From the NCBI RefSeq assembly GCF_006345805.1, contig NC_043005.1, positions 108,996,001-109,060,000 on the forward strand: DNA of 64,000 bases, read 5' to 3'. Under the pieces are notes generated by a model that saw nothing but the letters and a program-made list of their open reading frames with translations, searched no databases and was not told the origin of the DNA. Positions 54,086 to 64,000 of the stretch are shown piece after piece. Numbering within the stretch: position 1 is the first letter of the stretch; each line of letters starts with the position of its first letter. Made by a program: the position numbers and the translations under genes. The DNA comes from Octopus sinensis. Taxonomy: Eukaryota.

Positions 54086-54809
54086 TGAGAGAGATAAATA
54101 GATAGATAGATAAATTGATAGATTCATGCTTACATATGCACTCACACACATACAAAAATATACACATACACACAGGCACAACTACTCAAAGATGAATTAG
54201 GCAAACAGATATATTTTCCCCTTTACTATTTTCAATAATATAAATAAAATTTGAGAAGCTTTATAGATTCTTTCTTACAATTACTTTTTTGCTTTGGGCA
54301 AAAAAGACGAGAGAAAGAATACAGAAAATAAAAATGCAAATATAAATAAAAATAATAAAATAATCATAATGAAAACAAACAAGTAACAGAAACTTATGCT
54401 GCAGAAATGTAACATAGATACAAGTACAGAGGGCTGGATATAAATTTGATATAAATGTAATATAAGAAGGTGGAAGAAGAGAGGAGGAAGGTGAAGGTGG
54501 GAAAGAAGAAAAAGCAGAACCATTTTATTGATTAAAAGTTTACTGTAAAATATTATGTGTGCTAGGAATAATATTCAGTGAAAACAATTCTTGTACAGAG
54601 TCTGTATTTGTGCAACTATTGTAGAAGTTCTGGTTGACTAAGTTTATAAATTTTTATATTAACATCTACACAATTAGTAATAAATATTCTGTTGCTAGCA
54701 ATGGATTGAGGTATAAGTGCGTAGTGAAGGAGTTTGCTTTACCATCCTCTAAGTTAAAGTGCAATACCGCGGCTTTGCTATTTCAACTAAGATGTGAGAA
54801 ATCCCTTAA

Positions 54810-55035
54810 CCCTTTTGTTACTGTATTTATTTTGAGATGTTCTGTGTTTCTTTCAATTACTTTAAATATAACAAAGAATTTACTAAAATTACTTGGTTAT
54901 CATTCAGTTAGTGTTAGGAACATAAATTGTGACTTAAGTTCCGTGAAAGATTTTAATTCAAAACTTATGAAAACAAGACATTTGTACTCAGAGCCAGAGG
55001 CAGAGCCAGTTTCAGCCGTGTTGGCAAGGAAAGGG
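54810..55035. mobile_element. piggyBac-like MITE (same family as 42782, inverted)
   Basis: ttaa|cccttttgttac…gcaaggaaaggg|ttag; body is the reverse complement of 42782-43002. Confidence 0.85.
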
Positions 55036-55039
55036 TTAG

Positions 55040-55490
55040 CCCTCTAACATTGAGATTACTGTCAAATATAATGATTGTATACTTACTTTGTTTTGAATTA
55101 ATCATGCATTATTTCGTAGCTTCATGATAGCTGTGACCGATGCTAGTGTAATTTAATAAGCACTCATGCTGGTGGCATATAAAAAACACCCTTTAAATGT
55201 TGGGCCACAGAGAGGTGATAAGTGACTGGAGCTTTGGTGATAAGCTGTGCTTGAGAAGACTCGTCCAGCCAAGCGCAATCATAGCTGTGGTTGATGCCAG
55301 TGTCATGTAACTGGTGTTCATGCTGGTGGCACATAAAAAGTATCCAGTACACACTGTAAAGGTTGGCGTTAGGAAAGGCATCCAGGCATGAAAACCATGC
55401 CAAATCAGATTGGAACCTGGTGCAGCTCTCCAGCTTACCAAATTTCACTCAAACCGTCCAACCCATGCCAGCATGGAAAATGGACGTTAA

Positions 55491-55529
<39 letters not shown>

Positions 55530-55530
55530 T

Positions 55531-55586
<56 letters not shown>

Positions 55587-55769
55587 TTGATGATGATGAT
55601 GATGATGACTATGATGATGATGATGATGACTATGATGATGATGATGAGGATGACTGTTAATTTTTAGATTAACATTGTAAGGTAGATGTAAGAGACTGAA
55701 TCTAGTGCTTTTGAACATAAAACGGGTAGAATAGTTTGGCCAGATATTACCAGTTTATATACTAAAGGG
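55040..55769. mobile_element. Second piggyBac-like MITE, interrupted by an RTE 3' end
   Basis: ttag|ccctctaa at 55040 and ctaaaggg|ttaa at 55769; 55135-55655 is foreign inserted sequence. Confidence 0.6.
55165..55655 (+). mobile_element. RTE 3' end (family C) with a long (GAT)n tail
   Basis: ctttggtgataagctgtgcttgagaagactcg (ORF end AVLEKTR), tail motif, then about 55 GAT-type triplets. Confidence 0.8.
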
Positions 55770-55784
55770 TTAAAGTGTATGTGT

Positions 55785-55950
55785 GGAGGTGTGTGGCTTA
55801 GTGGTTAGGGTGCCAGCATCATGATCGTAAGATTGTGGTTTTGATTCCTAGACCGGGCAATGCGTTGTGTTCTTGAGCAAAACACTTCATTTCACATTGC
55901 TCCAGTCCACTCAGCTGGCAAAAATGAGTAACGCTGCAATGGACTAGCAT
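55785..55950 (+). mobile_element. tRNA-derived SINE 5' part
   Basis: ggaggtgtgTGGCTTAGTGGttaggg…GTTTTGATTCCtagaccgggc (A/B boxes); head similar to 29478-29858 but the body differs. Confidence 0.75.
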
Positions 55951-56536
55951 TGAAACCATGTAACTGGGCCCATGAAATCTAGTTGCTCAATGCCATCATA
56001 GAGGGAAAACAAGGACTTCAAAATGTTGATAATCCTCACAAGACAACCATATTGCCTCAGAGTTATGTATCACAGCAGGAGAAGAGAAAAAATAAATCAG
56101 ATTGAAGGGGCACGATTCAAGTTATCATCCATATCATGGAAAAGGTCAGTTGAGGCCCTTCTGTTCAGAAGAAAAGAAAACATACACAAAAACAATACTA
56201 GTTAATTATAGCAGAGGTGGTACCAATAATTGGTCCCTGGGGTGAAAACTATAACTATCAGCACCACTTTTGCCATTGTTTCTGCAGCATTTTTGATTAT
56301 AGCTATCACGACAGCTGTAATAGAAGCAAAGATAAGCAGAATCACGTTAGCTTTAAAGCCACCAGTATGAGAAGCAGAACCAGTAGGGTACAGAGAAACA
56401 GAACATTCACCTCCTTCGACACAGAGGGGACTACTGGTTTCCAACCACTGTTCCTCCTATTGTCTTATGGTGATGGTGAGGCAATGGACTGGAGAAGTGT
56501 GGCAAACTATTTCAGAGAAAGGATGATAATAACAAC

Positions 56537-56586
<50 letters not shown>

Positions 56587-56599
56587 TAATAATAATGAT

Positions 56600-57030
56600 A
56601 ATGAGCAAATATAAAGATCTTGAAATAGAAATCAGCAAAATGTGGAAGCTGAAGACTAAAACAATACCTGTTGTCATAGGTGCCCTGGGAATGATAGCGA
56701 AAGGGACTGATTGCTACCTAACTCTGATACCGGGAAACCCCAAAATGGCAGAAATTCAAAAGATAGTGCTCATATCCTACGCAAAATACTCTCTATGTAA
56801 TCCCAAGGTTTAAAACAAACTTTTTTTTTCTTTTTTTTCTCTTTTTTTTCTTTTTTATTCATTTATTTTTCTTTTTTTTATTTTTATGTATTAGACATTC
56901 ACTAGTACAACACACAAAAAAAAACCAAATATATGGCACAGAACTTCCAACCTGTTGTCTCTTGAGGTCTCTGGGTGAGACTTGGAGCCAACTTGTACAG
57001 ACATAAAGCAAAAGTCAAACATAGAATGAT
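56600..57030 (+). mobile_element. R4/Dong-type LINE 3' end after (TAA)n
   Basis: SKYKDLEIEISKMWKLKTKTIPVVIGALGMIAKG…IQKIVL; preceded by (AAT)n at 56525-56600. Confidence 0.8.
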
Positions 57031-57034
57031 AATC

Positions 57035-57400
57035 ATCATCATCATCATCATCATCATCATTTAGCGTCCGTTTTCCATGCTAGCATGGGTTGGACGGTTC
57101 TACTGGGGTCTGTGAAGCCAGAAGGCTTCATCAGGCCCAGTCAAATCTGGCAGTGTTTCTACGGCTGGATGCCCTTCCTAACGCCAACCACTCCGTGAGT
57201 GTAGTGGGTGCTTTTTACGTGCCACCCGCACTGGTGCCAGACAGAGCTGGCAAACGGCCACGAACGGATGGTGCTTTTTATGTGCCACCGGCACGAGGGC
57301 CAGGCAAGGCTGGCAATGGACACGAAGCGGGGTGGTGCTGGCAACGGTCGCGAAACGGAAAGTTCTCTTACATGCCACCGGCACTGGTAACACATCTGCA
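57035..57400 (-). mobile_element. Family C tail with subrepeats
   Basis: (CAT)n ttagcgtccgttttccatgctagcatgggttggacgg…gtgcttttta(c/t)gtgccacc units. Confidence 0.85.
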
Positions 57401-57424
57401 ATTTCCATAATAATAATAATGATA

Positions 57425-57459
<35 letters not shown>

Positions 57460-57959
57460 AATAATAAATGCCCTGATGCAGTACCAGACAGTGGCTCTCA
57501 TGGCTTCTGATCTTGACTGATTGGAAGTGTCATCATGTACATTGTTTTGTCTTGGTATAAAAGATGGGCTACAGCAAATATTCTGCTCAATACCACAGAT
57601 TTGCTTGTCAGTTGTTTGACATTAACCAGTTGGGCATGTCCCTTAGTGGCTGACGATATGTGCATTGCTTATCACGAGCAGACGTAGCGGGAGAGCATTA
57701 CAGTCATGTGTTGAGAGGAATTCTGTGAGGCTTGGATAATTCATTTTTGGAAACATGGGTGTTTTGTTCAATATCTTTAAGCAACCCTTATTCAGGGACC
57801 TTTTGAGCAAAGTTTCTACAGCTGGATGCCCTTCCAAATGCCAACCACTCTGCGAGTGTAGTGGGTGCTTTTACATGCCAGTCAGGTGGTATGTATATAT
57901 ACATGTGTATATGTGTGTGTGTGTGTGTATGTGTAGACCAGGCAGGACAAGTGAGCCCA

Positions 57960-58608
57960 GCCCACTTATGCATGCCTTTCCTCCCTTGGACACACAAAGA
58001 CCTGTTGAGGCAAGCGAAGTCGATATCGAACCTCATCCGACGACAGGCACGACTTGCTTGCAAAGACCTGTTGGGGCAAGTGAAATCGGAATCGAAATTG
58101 AACCAATCCTATGACTGGCACCCGGCAGATGCCAGGACCCCTGGACTGGAGATACGTAAAAAGCACTATCCGAATCGTGGCCGATGCCAGTGCCGCCTCA
58201 ACTGGCTTCTGTGCAGGTGGCATGTAAAATGCACCAATCCGATCGTGGCCGATGCCAGTGCCACCTCAACTGGCTTCTGTGTCGGTGGCACGTAAAAAGC
58301 ACCATCCGAATCGTGGCCGAAGCCAGTGCCGCCTCAACTGGCTTCTGTGCAGGTGGCATGTAAAATGCGCCAATCCGACCGTGGCCGATGCCAGCCTCGC
58401 CTGGCACCAGTGCAGGTGGCACGTAAAAAGCACCCACTACACTCACGGAGTGGTTGGCGTTAGGAAGGGCATCCAGCTGTAGAAACATTGCCAGATAAGA
58501 CCGGAGTCTGGTGCAGCCTTCTGGCTTCCCAGATCCCCGGTCGAACCGTCCAACCCATGCTAGCATGGAGGGAGAACGGACGTTAAACGATGATGATGAT
58601 GATGATGA
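57960..58608 (+). mobile_element. Family C element with a 68-bp tandem array
   Basis: Units start at 58163, 58231, 58299, 58367, 58430; ends ccaacccatgctagcatgg…acgttaaacgatgatgat. Confidence 0.85.
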
Positions 58609-58610
58609 TA

Positions 58611-58646
<36 letters not shown>

Positions 58647-58680
58647 TATTTATATATATATGTATGTATTTATATATATA

Positions 58681-58778
58681 CACACACATATATAAATTAC
58701 ATTTCAAACAACAGTTATTAGTGGTAACACATTTATATTTTATGTGATATATTTCTTCAAAAATTGATAGACAAACCC

Positions 58779-58837
<59 letters not shown>

Positions 58838-58986
58838 GTATATATATATGTATATTTATATATATATGTATATATATATATATATATACACACACATATA
58901 TAAATTACATTTCAAACAACAGTTATTAGTGGTAACACATTTATATTTTATGTGATATATTTCTTCAAAAATTGATAGACAAACCC

Positions 58987-58990
<4 letters not shown>
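58681..58990. repeat. Identical 102-bp direct repeat (period 208 bp) bounded by (TA)n
   Basis: 58681-58782 equals 58889-58990. Confidence 0.9.
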
Positions 58991-59024
<34 letters not shown>

Positions 59025-59308
59025 AGCTATACATCCCAGACAATTTACACCCATTACAACTCATTAGAGAATTTTCTAGACCAGCTAAACTGAACATCAG
59101 ATGCAACATGAAACATTATTTTAGTGTAATATATAAAATACTTCACTGAATTGAGTTTTTTAATGTTTTAATTGTTTTTGTGTTTTTGTTGTTGATGTAG
59201 AGTTTATTATATATACATTTTTGTTATACTTGTATAATTTGAGAATTACATGCTTATTCAAATATCTATGCAATTTATAAATATGTGTCTGTGTGTGTTA
59301 CAACATGC

Positions 59309-59364
<56 letters not shown>

Positions 59365-59419
59365 TATATAGATATATATATATATATTATATATATATAT
59401 ATGCATATATATATGTATC

Positions 59420-59454
<35 letters not shown>

Positions 59455-59652
59455 GTATGCATGTATAGACATATACATTTATATAAATATATGCAAATGT
59501 ATATTGCAAGCAATTGACTAAAAGAAAAAGAACAAGAACATAAAAACAACAATTTAAATTGCTTGAAATGTAAATAAAAAAATATATAAAGAAACTGCCA
59601 AACTGTCAAATATGACGATGTTTAATTGGAATGAATAAAATTATATACTTAC

Positions 59653-59738
59653 CATCTCAATGAATAACTTAACATTCTGTCTTCTGTTGGAGTAGAATTA
59701 CAGATGTCCATTCTATCGAATAAATTGGTGCTGAAGCT
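59653..59738 (-). CDS. Candidate exon (86 nt, or 31 nt from an inner acceptor), product unknown
   Basis: Consensus donor ATG|gtaagtat; open frames SFSTNLFDRMDICNSTPTEDRMLSYSLR or RQNVKLFIEM; no recognised homology. Confidence 0.2.
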
Positions 59739-60398
59739 CTAAAACGTTCTCATAAATGAAATCATGTAAGCTATCAAATGTCATTACATCACAAAACAGC
59801 TAGAGAAAATGTTCTTGCTAGTTGCTTGACCTGTCATTGTTAATATGGTGTTATAGTATATGACACAGCTTATCACCATGTACTGACAGAAAGCATACTT
59901 TATTTTCAGACTCGATGGACTGTCCACTGTGTTAAAATTGATGTCTTTCTTTTTCATTTTTGTTCCTTTTGTATATGTAAAATATGTTTTTGAGTTACCC
60001 TTCGTTCAGCATATGTTCATTGAGGGGTTATATTCCAAGTTCTATTCCCAAACCTTATTCACTTTGTCAAGCCGAAGTGGTTTCTGTTACATAAATTGTA
60101 GATGACATCATTTATAAGACTGTTGGAATCATGGGCAGAGTTCAACGTTAGCAATTTCAATAATAGCCAATTTCAAAATCATTTTTCAAAGCCAATCATC
60201 AGAAGGTTTAAAATTCAAATCTTGAGTTTAATTAATCACATAAACACAGAATATATTATGGAGATGTACTTGCATAGCAAGTGACCTGATCTGAGATCGT
60301 GTGCTGGAACGAAAAGAATTGCAGTGTGGAAGGTGTTTATAAGCCATTTAAGAAACACACAAAAACCGTTAGATTCACTTCAACATTTAAATTTAATT

Positions 60399-60445
60399 TG
60401 TCAAAATATTTTCGTTGCTTTGAGACTGCGACCTGTTCACTGACA
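60399..60445 (-). ncRNA. Mirror copy of the G3:C8 hammerhead-like motif
   Basis: Minus strand tttgtca GTGAACA g gtcgc agtctcaaa gcaac GAAA ATATT T tgacaaa (7-bp stem I with flanks). Confidence 0.6.
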
Positions 60446-60462
60446 AAACTTCGTGTTGCATC

Positions 60463-60509
60463 TGTCAGTGAACAGGTCGCGGTCTCAAAGTGATGAAAAT
60501 ATTTTGACA
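60463..60509 (+). ncRNA. Hammerhead-like motif with a G3:C8 swapped core
   Basis: tgtca GTGAACA g gtcgc ggtctcaaa gtgat GAAA ATATT T tgaca: stem I 5 bp, stem II 5 bp (two G-U), palindromic AATATT stem III, UUU triplet. Confidence 0.6.
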
Positions 60510-60869
60510 AATTAAATTTAAATGTTGAAGTGAATCTAATGGTTTTTGTGTGTTTCTTAAATGGCTTATAAACACCTTCCACGCTTCAACAGAATATATT
60601 CTCTTCCTTTATCAATTTTCAAAAACATTTATGTCAGTTTTGTATTTGAACTGTATGCTAGTATTGAACAAGGAAGAAATCTGATTTGGAAGCTGAAGAG
60701 GGCTTATTAAATGATTATATAGTCTGTTTTGATCTTTCATTGTTCTCTCTACTGATTACTGGTATTACAATAGATTTGTTGATTGTCCTACAATAATTTT
60801 CAAAGTTTTTTCATAGATGGTATTTGTTCAAGTTTTCGTAAAGAATTACTTATGAGCAGTGACTGCCTT

Positions 60870-61100
60870 GTGACCGCTTTAAAACAGCATTTTACTACTT
60901 GGTCTGTTTCTTTGATATATATTTAGTATTGGTTGGCTTCTTGAGACAAGCCTTCGCAACTTCAGACTTTGTCATCATTGGTTTTCCTCTTCTATTAAGA
61001 CCTTCTACTTGAAACTACTAACATTTCTTCACTCATCTGTTATTATCCATAAGCATTACATGTCCATACATTACTGTCATTCCTCTTACATATTACAAAT
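60870..61100 (-). mobile_element. Old RTE LINE ORF-end remnant
   Basis: Minus strand YGHVMLMDNNR*VKKC…VEG…RRGKP…NAVLKRS parallels the 30503 copy. Confidence 0.55.
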
Positions 61101-61104
61101 GATT

Positions 61105-61665
61105 CCTTGACCTGTGAAGACAAGCTGAGGCAAGTGAAATCAAAATCAGAATCAAAATCATTTCGATGACTGGCATCCATGCTAGTGGGGTGCAAAGAGC
61201 ACCATACGAGTGTGATCGTTTGTAGAGTGGCTATTCAAGTATGATCGTTACCAGCGTCACCTTACTGGCACTTATGCCTGTGCTAGTAGGGTGCCAAGAG
61301 CACCATCCAAGCATGATCATTGCCAGAGCAGCCAACTGGCTTCCATACCCGTGGCATGTAAAAGGGCACCATTCGAGCATGGTCGTTATCAGCACCACCT
61401 TACTGGCACCTGAGCCGGTGGCACGCGTAAAAAGATTTGAGTGAGGTCATTGCCAGTACCGCCTGACTGGCCCCCATGCCGATGGCACGTAAAAAGAACC
61501 TACGACACTTTCGGAGTGGTTGGTGTTAGGAAGAGCATCCAGCTGTAGAAACTCTGCCAGATCAAGATTGGAGCCTGGTGCAACCATCTGGTTTGCCAGC
61601 CCTCAGTCAAAATCGTCCAACCCATGCTAGCATGGAAAGCGGACGTTAAACGATGATGATGATGA
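61105..61665 (+). mobile_element. Family C element with subrepeats
   Basis: Very similar to 18880-19300; same tail. Confidence 0.85.
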
Positions 61666-61699
61666 GAATTATTTTCTCAGCTCATGTGTACCTCAACAT

Positions 61700-62600
61700 T
61701 CATGCGCAGTAATATTACTTGTCTATCAGACCAAATTTATTCTCATGGTTTTTCTCTTCAATGGCTATAATTAAAGATTCAGTTTTTCATTTTAGGTTTC
61801 GATCTATCAGCCATAACCAGCATCCTTTACTCTCTGTTTGTTGCATAAATTAATCATGCACTTCCTTCTCTTTCCAGCATTTTGTCCAGTTGTTCTTCCT
61901 TCTGTCCAAATATGGACTTAGTCTTTCAGTAACTTCTTGAATATTTCTAACAGCAGATAGTATTCTTTCTTATACTATGTACAACATAGTTTTAGGAATC
62001 CAAAATCACAGTATTATGGTGTGTTTGCCTTCTTTTCTTGGCTAGTGGAGGCTGTTGGTATTACTTTTAGAGTGTTACATATTGTATATTGAGAACAACT
62101 TCCTGGTACTTAAATCTAATCCATTTTAGAAAAGGAGTATCGTTATACTAGCATGGTTCTTGTATTCATTGCATTGACAATATTTAGTTTTATTTTAGGC
62201 ATCTTCCTGACACTTCGCTTGTACAGTTTGGAGACGTTTCCATTTCTCTTCGCATTACCTTATTGCCTGGCAATATAGGGACTTATATCTCTATTTTCCA
62301 CAAATTTAGTGACATCATCTTGTAATTTTATATTATCGGTTATAATTTCTAAGCATATTCTTCATTTGCCATCCTGTTCTAAAACTGGGATTTAAAAACT
62401 TCTTGTGGATGCACACCTATGACATCTTGCACATATTACTTGTGAATATGGTTATTATGTAAGTTATGGCTGTCTTGAAACAGCTTTTGAGATAAAATTT
62501 TACATAATTCTACTTTTCTGTCCGCTTTTTTCAGTATTTTGTAATCTGTATGTCATACTCCTGACTCTGTTTATCTACGTAACTGCCTCCATAACAGAAC
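61700..62600 (-). mobile_element. Decayed R4/Dong-type LINE RT C-terminal region
   Basis: Minus strand YKRSVRKMPKIKLN…NAMNTR, HSKSNTNSLH*PRKEG (HPKADVDRLYLPRKEGG-like), WKEKEVHD…WLWL…KTESLIIAIEE. Confidence 0.7.
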
Positions 62601-63315
62601 CATAAAAATTGGTTTCATAGCTGATTTTCGATGACAAAATTTGGCCCTGGATGAAGAAGTTAAAGTTTAAGTTTCCATCCATTTGAGTACCACTTTGTGT
62701 TATTTTACTTTCACCTACTCAATCTCTCTCTCTATCTCTATCTCAGCATATACACAGACACACATACATATGTTCATACATAGATGTAGATATAAATATT
62801 TACATAATTATGGAAATATTCTAAAGCATTTCTTGAACATTTTTCAATATTATTTGAAATTATGGTATATCTTGTGCTACTGGAATGATGCGATGTGTTA
62901 ATGGTTTACTTTCTTTGTAAATATAAATATAAATAAAAAAGACTTTCATTCCCAAGCTGACAAAAAAGGAAAAAAAATTATATTACACACACATACACAC
63001 ATACACACATGTGTGTGTGTGTGTGAATGAGTTTACACACATATACATGTGTATATATGTTTTTATGTACTTAGAAAAGAAATTGTAAATGAAATGAAAA
63101 TAAGCAGTAATGAAGCTTTCTTTTTAAAGAAAATGTATAAGTATACACTCACAAATATACATATATGTATATATAAATACATATATAATAGAATTATATA
63201 AAAAATATATAATCTGCTTGATACGTATATAAAAGCGTATATATCTTTGTTTTATATGTCTGTATGTGTGCGTATTTGTGAATGTATACACAACATATTC
63301 ACTTGTGCATGTATG

Positions 63316-63347
<32 letters not shown>

Positions 63348-63388
63348 AAATGTGAAAACTAAATTTATTTTCTTTATTTTCTTTACAG

Positions 63389-63556
63389 ATTTACTTTTAA
63401 CCAACAATTTTTTCCTACACCACCATCCTCACAAACCAGCGCCTTATTTCTTCTGACACACCCCAGTAGCACCACCAACATCACCATGAGCATCATCACG
63501 GCAACCACTACCCCCCTACTACCCATCCCCACCCATTACAGTCTTTGTTTGTGATA
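63389..63556 (+). CDS. Candidate terminal exon, Ser/Thr/Pro-rich, product unknown
   Basis: Strong acceptor tttattttctttattttctttacag; open frame FTFNQQFFPTPPSSQTSALFLLTHPSSTTNITMSIITATTTPLLPIPTHYSLCL*. Confidence 0.2.
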
Positions 63557-63908
63557 TTTCACTATATCTTCTCTTCATGCTGTGATTCACAACAAATGAA
63601 TTTTGCCGACAAGCGCTTTCCCTACCTGAGAAGTAAAGAATCTTGATTTGAAAATCTCTTTTACCCTGGAGACATTGAACCATTAAAACTGGAATAGTAT
63701 TTTCTTACACCTCTTCTCCTGGCTTAGCAGAAAAAAGTAATAATAATAAAAATCAAAGAATTCAAAACACTTCTTGGAGACTTATAATATATATCATAGA
63801 TAATTCTGAAAACCATACACATACACACTGGCACACATGCCTAAACACACACATATATTTACATATTACATACACATATATATATATCTTGTTATATATA
63901 ATTTATAT

Positions 63909-63949
<41 letters not shown>

Positions 63950-64000
63950 TGTGTATATATATATATTATTTATTTTCTTTACAGATTTACTTTTAACCAA

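Larger units (their letters stand above)
60326..60582. mobile_element. Palindromic element (120-bp arms, 17-nt spacer) with two outward-reading HHR motifs
   Basis: 60326-60445 is the reverse complement of 60463-60582; all arm mismatches found are consistent with CpG decay. Confidence 0.9.

Noticed and set aside
55089-55144. Minus-strand exon with a gtaagtat donor
   Set aside because: Stops in all three frames and lies within a MITE
55388-55660. Poly-Asp ORF / poly-His antisense ORF
   Set aside because: It is the expanded (GAT)n tail of an RTE-type insertion
56217-56813. 198-aa ORF as a host gene
   Set aside because: Chimera of random sequence, (ATA)n and an R4/Dong endonuclease fragment
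58155-58440. CRISPR-like regular repeat array
   Set aside because: Units are contiguous with no unique spacers, lie in a retroelement 3' UTR, and the context is eukaryotic with no cas genes

Overview
AT-rich, microsatellite-dense eukaryotic genomic DNA. By recall of the repeat families it looks like Octopus (coleoid cephalopod); this was not database-checked. No host protein-coding gene can be established. Almost all ORFs in the supplied track are (TA)n/(CA)n/(GATA)n translations or SINE artefacts, and only weak isolated candidate exons remain. The window is mostly interspersed repeats: about 20 copies of a bipartite tRNA-derived SINE (family A), about 10 copies of a second SINE (family B, several with clear TSDs), and many RTE-LINE 3' tails with internal tandem arrays (family C). 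It also holds decayed coding remnants of Penelope-like (RT + GIY-YIG), RTE, R4/Dong-type and Tc1 elements, and hAT-like, piggyBac-like and Helitron-like non-autonomous elements. The most notable signal is a set of at least 5 unrelated families of short, (TA)n-associated elements carrying type I hammerhead ribozyme (HHR) motifs. Several sit at the apex of palindromes. One family has a G3:C8-swapped catalytic core (60399-60509), and one isolated copy appears intact (7024-7066). All folds were derived by eye; coordinates of decayed repeats are approximate.
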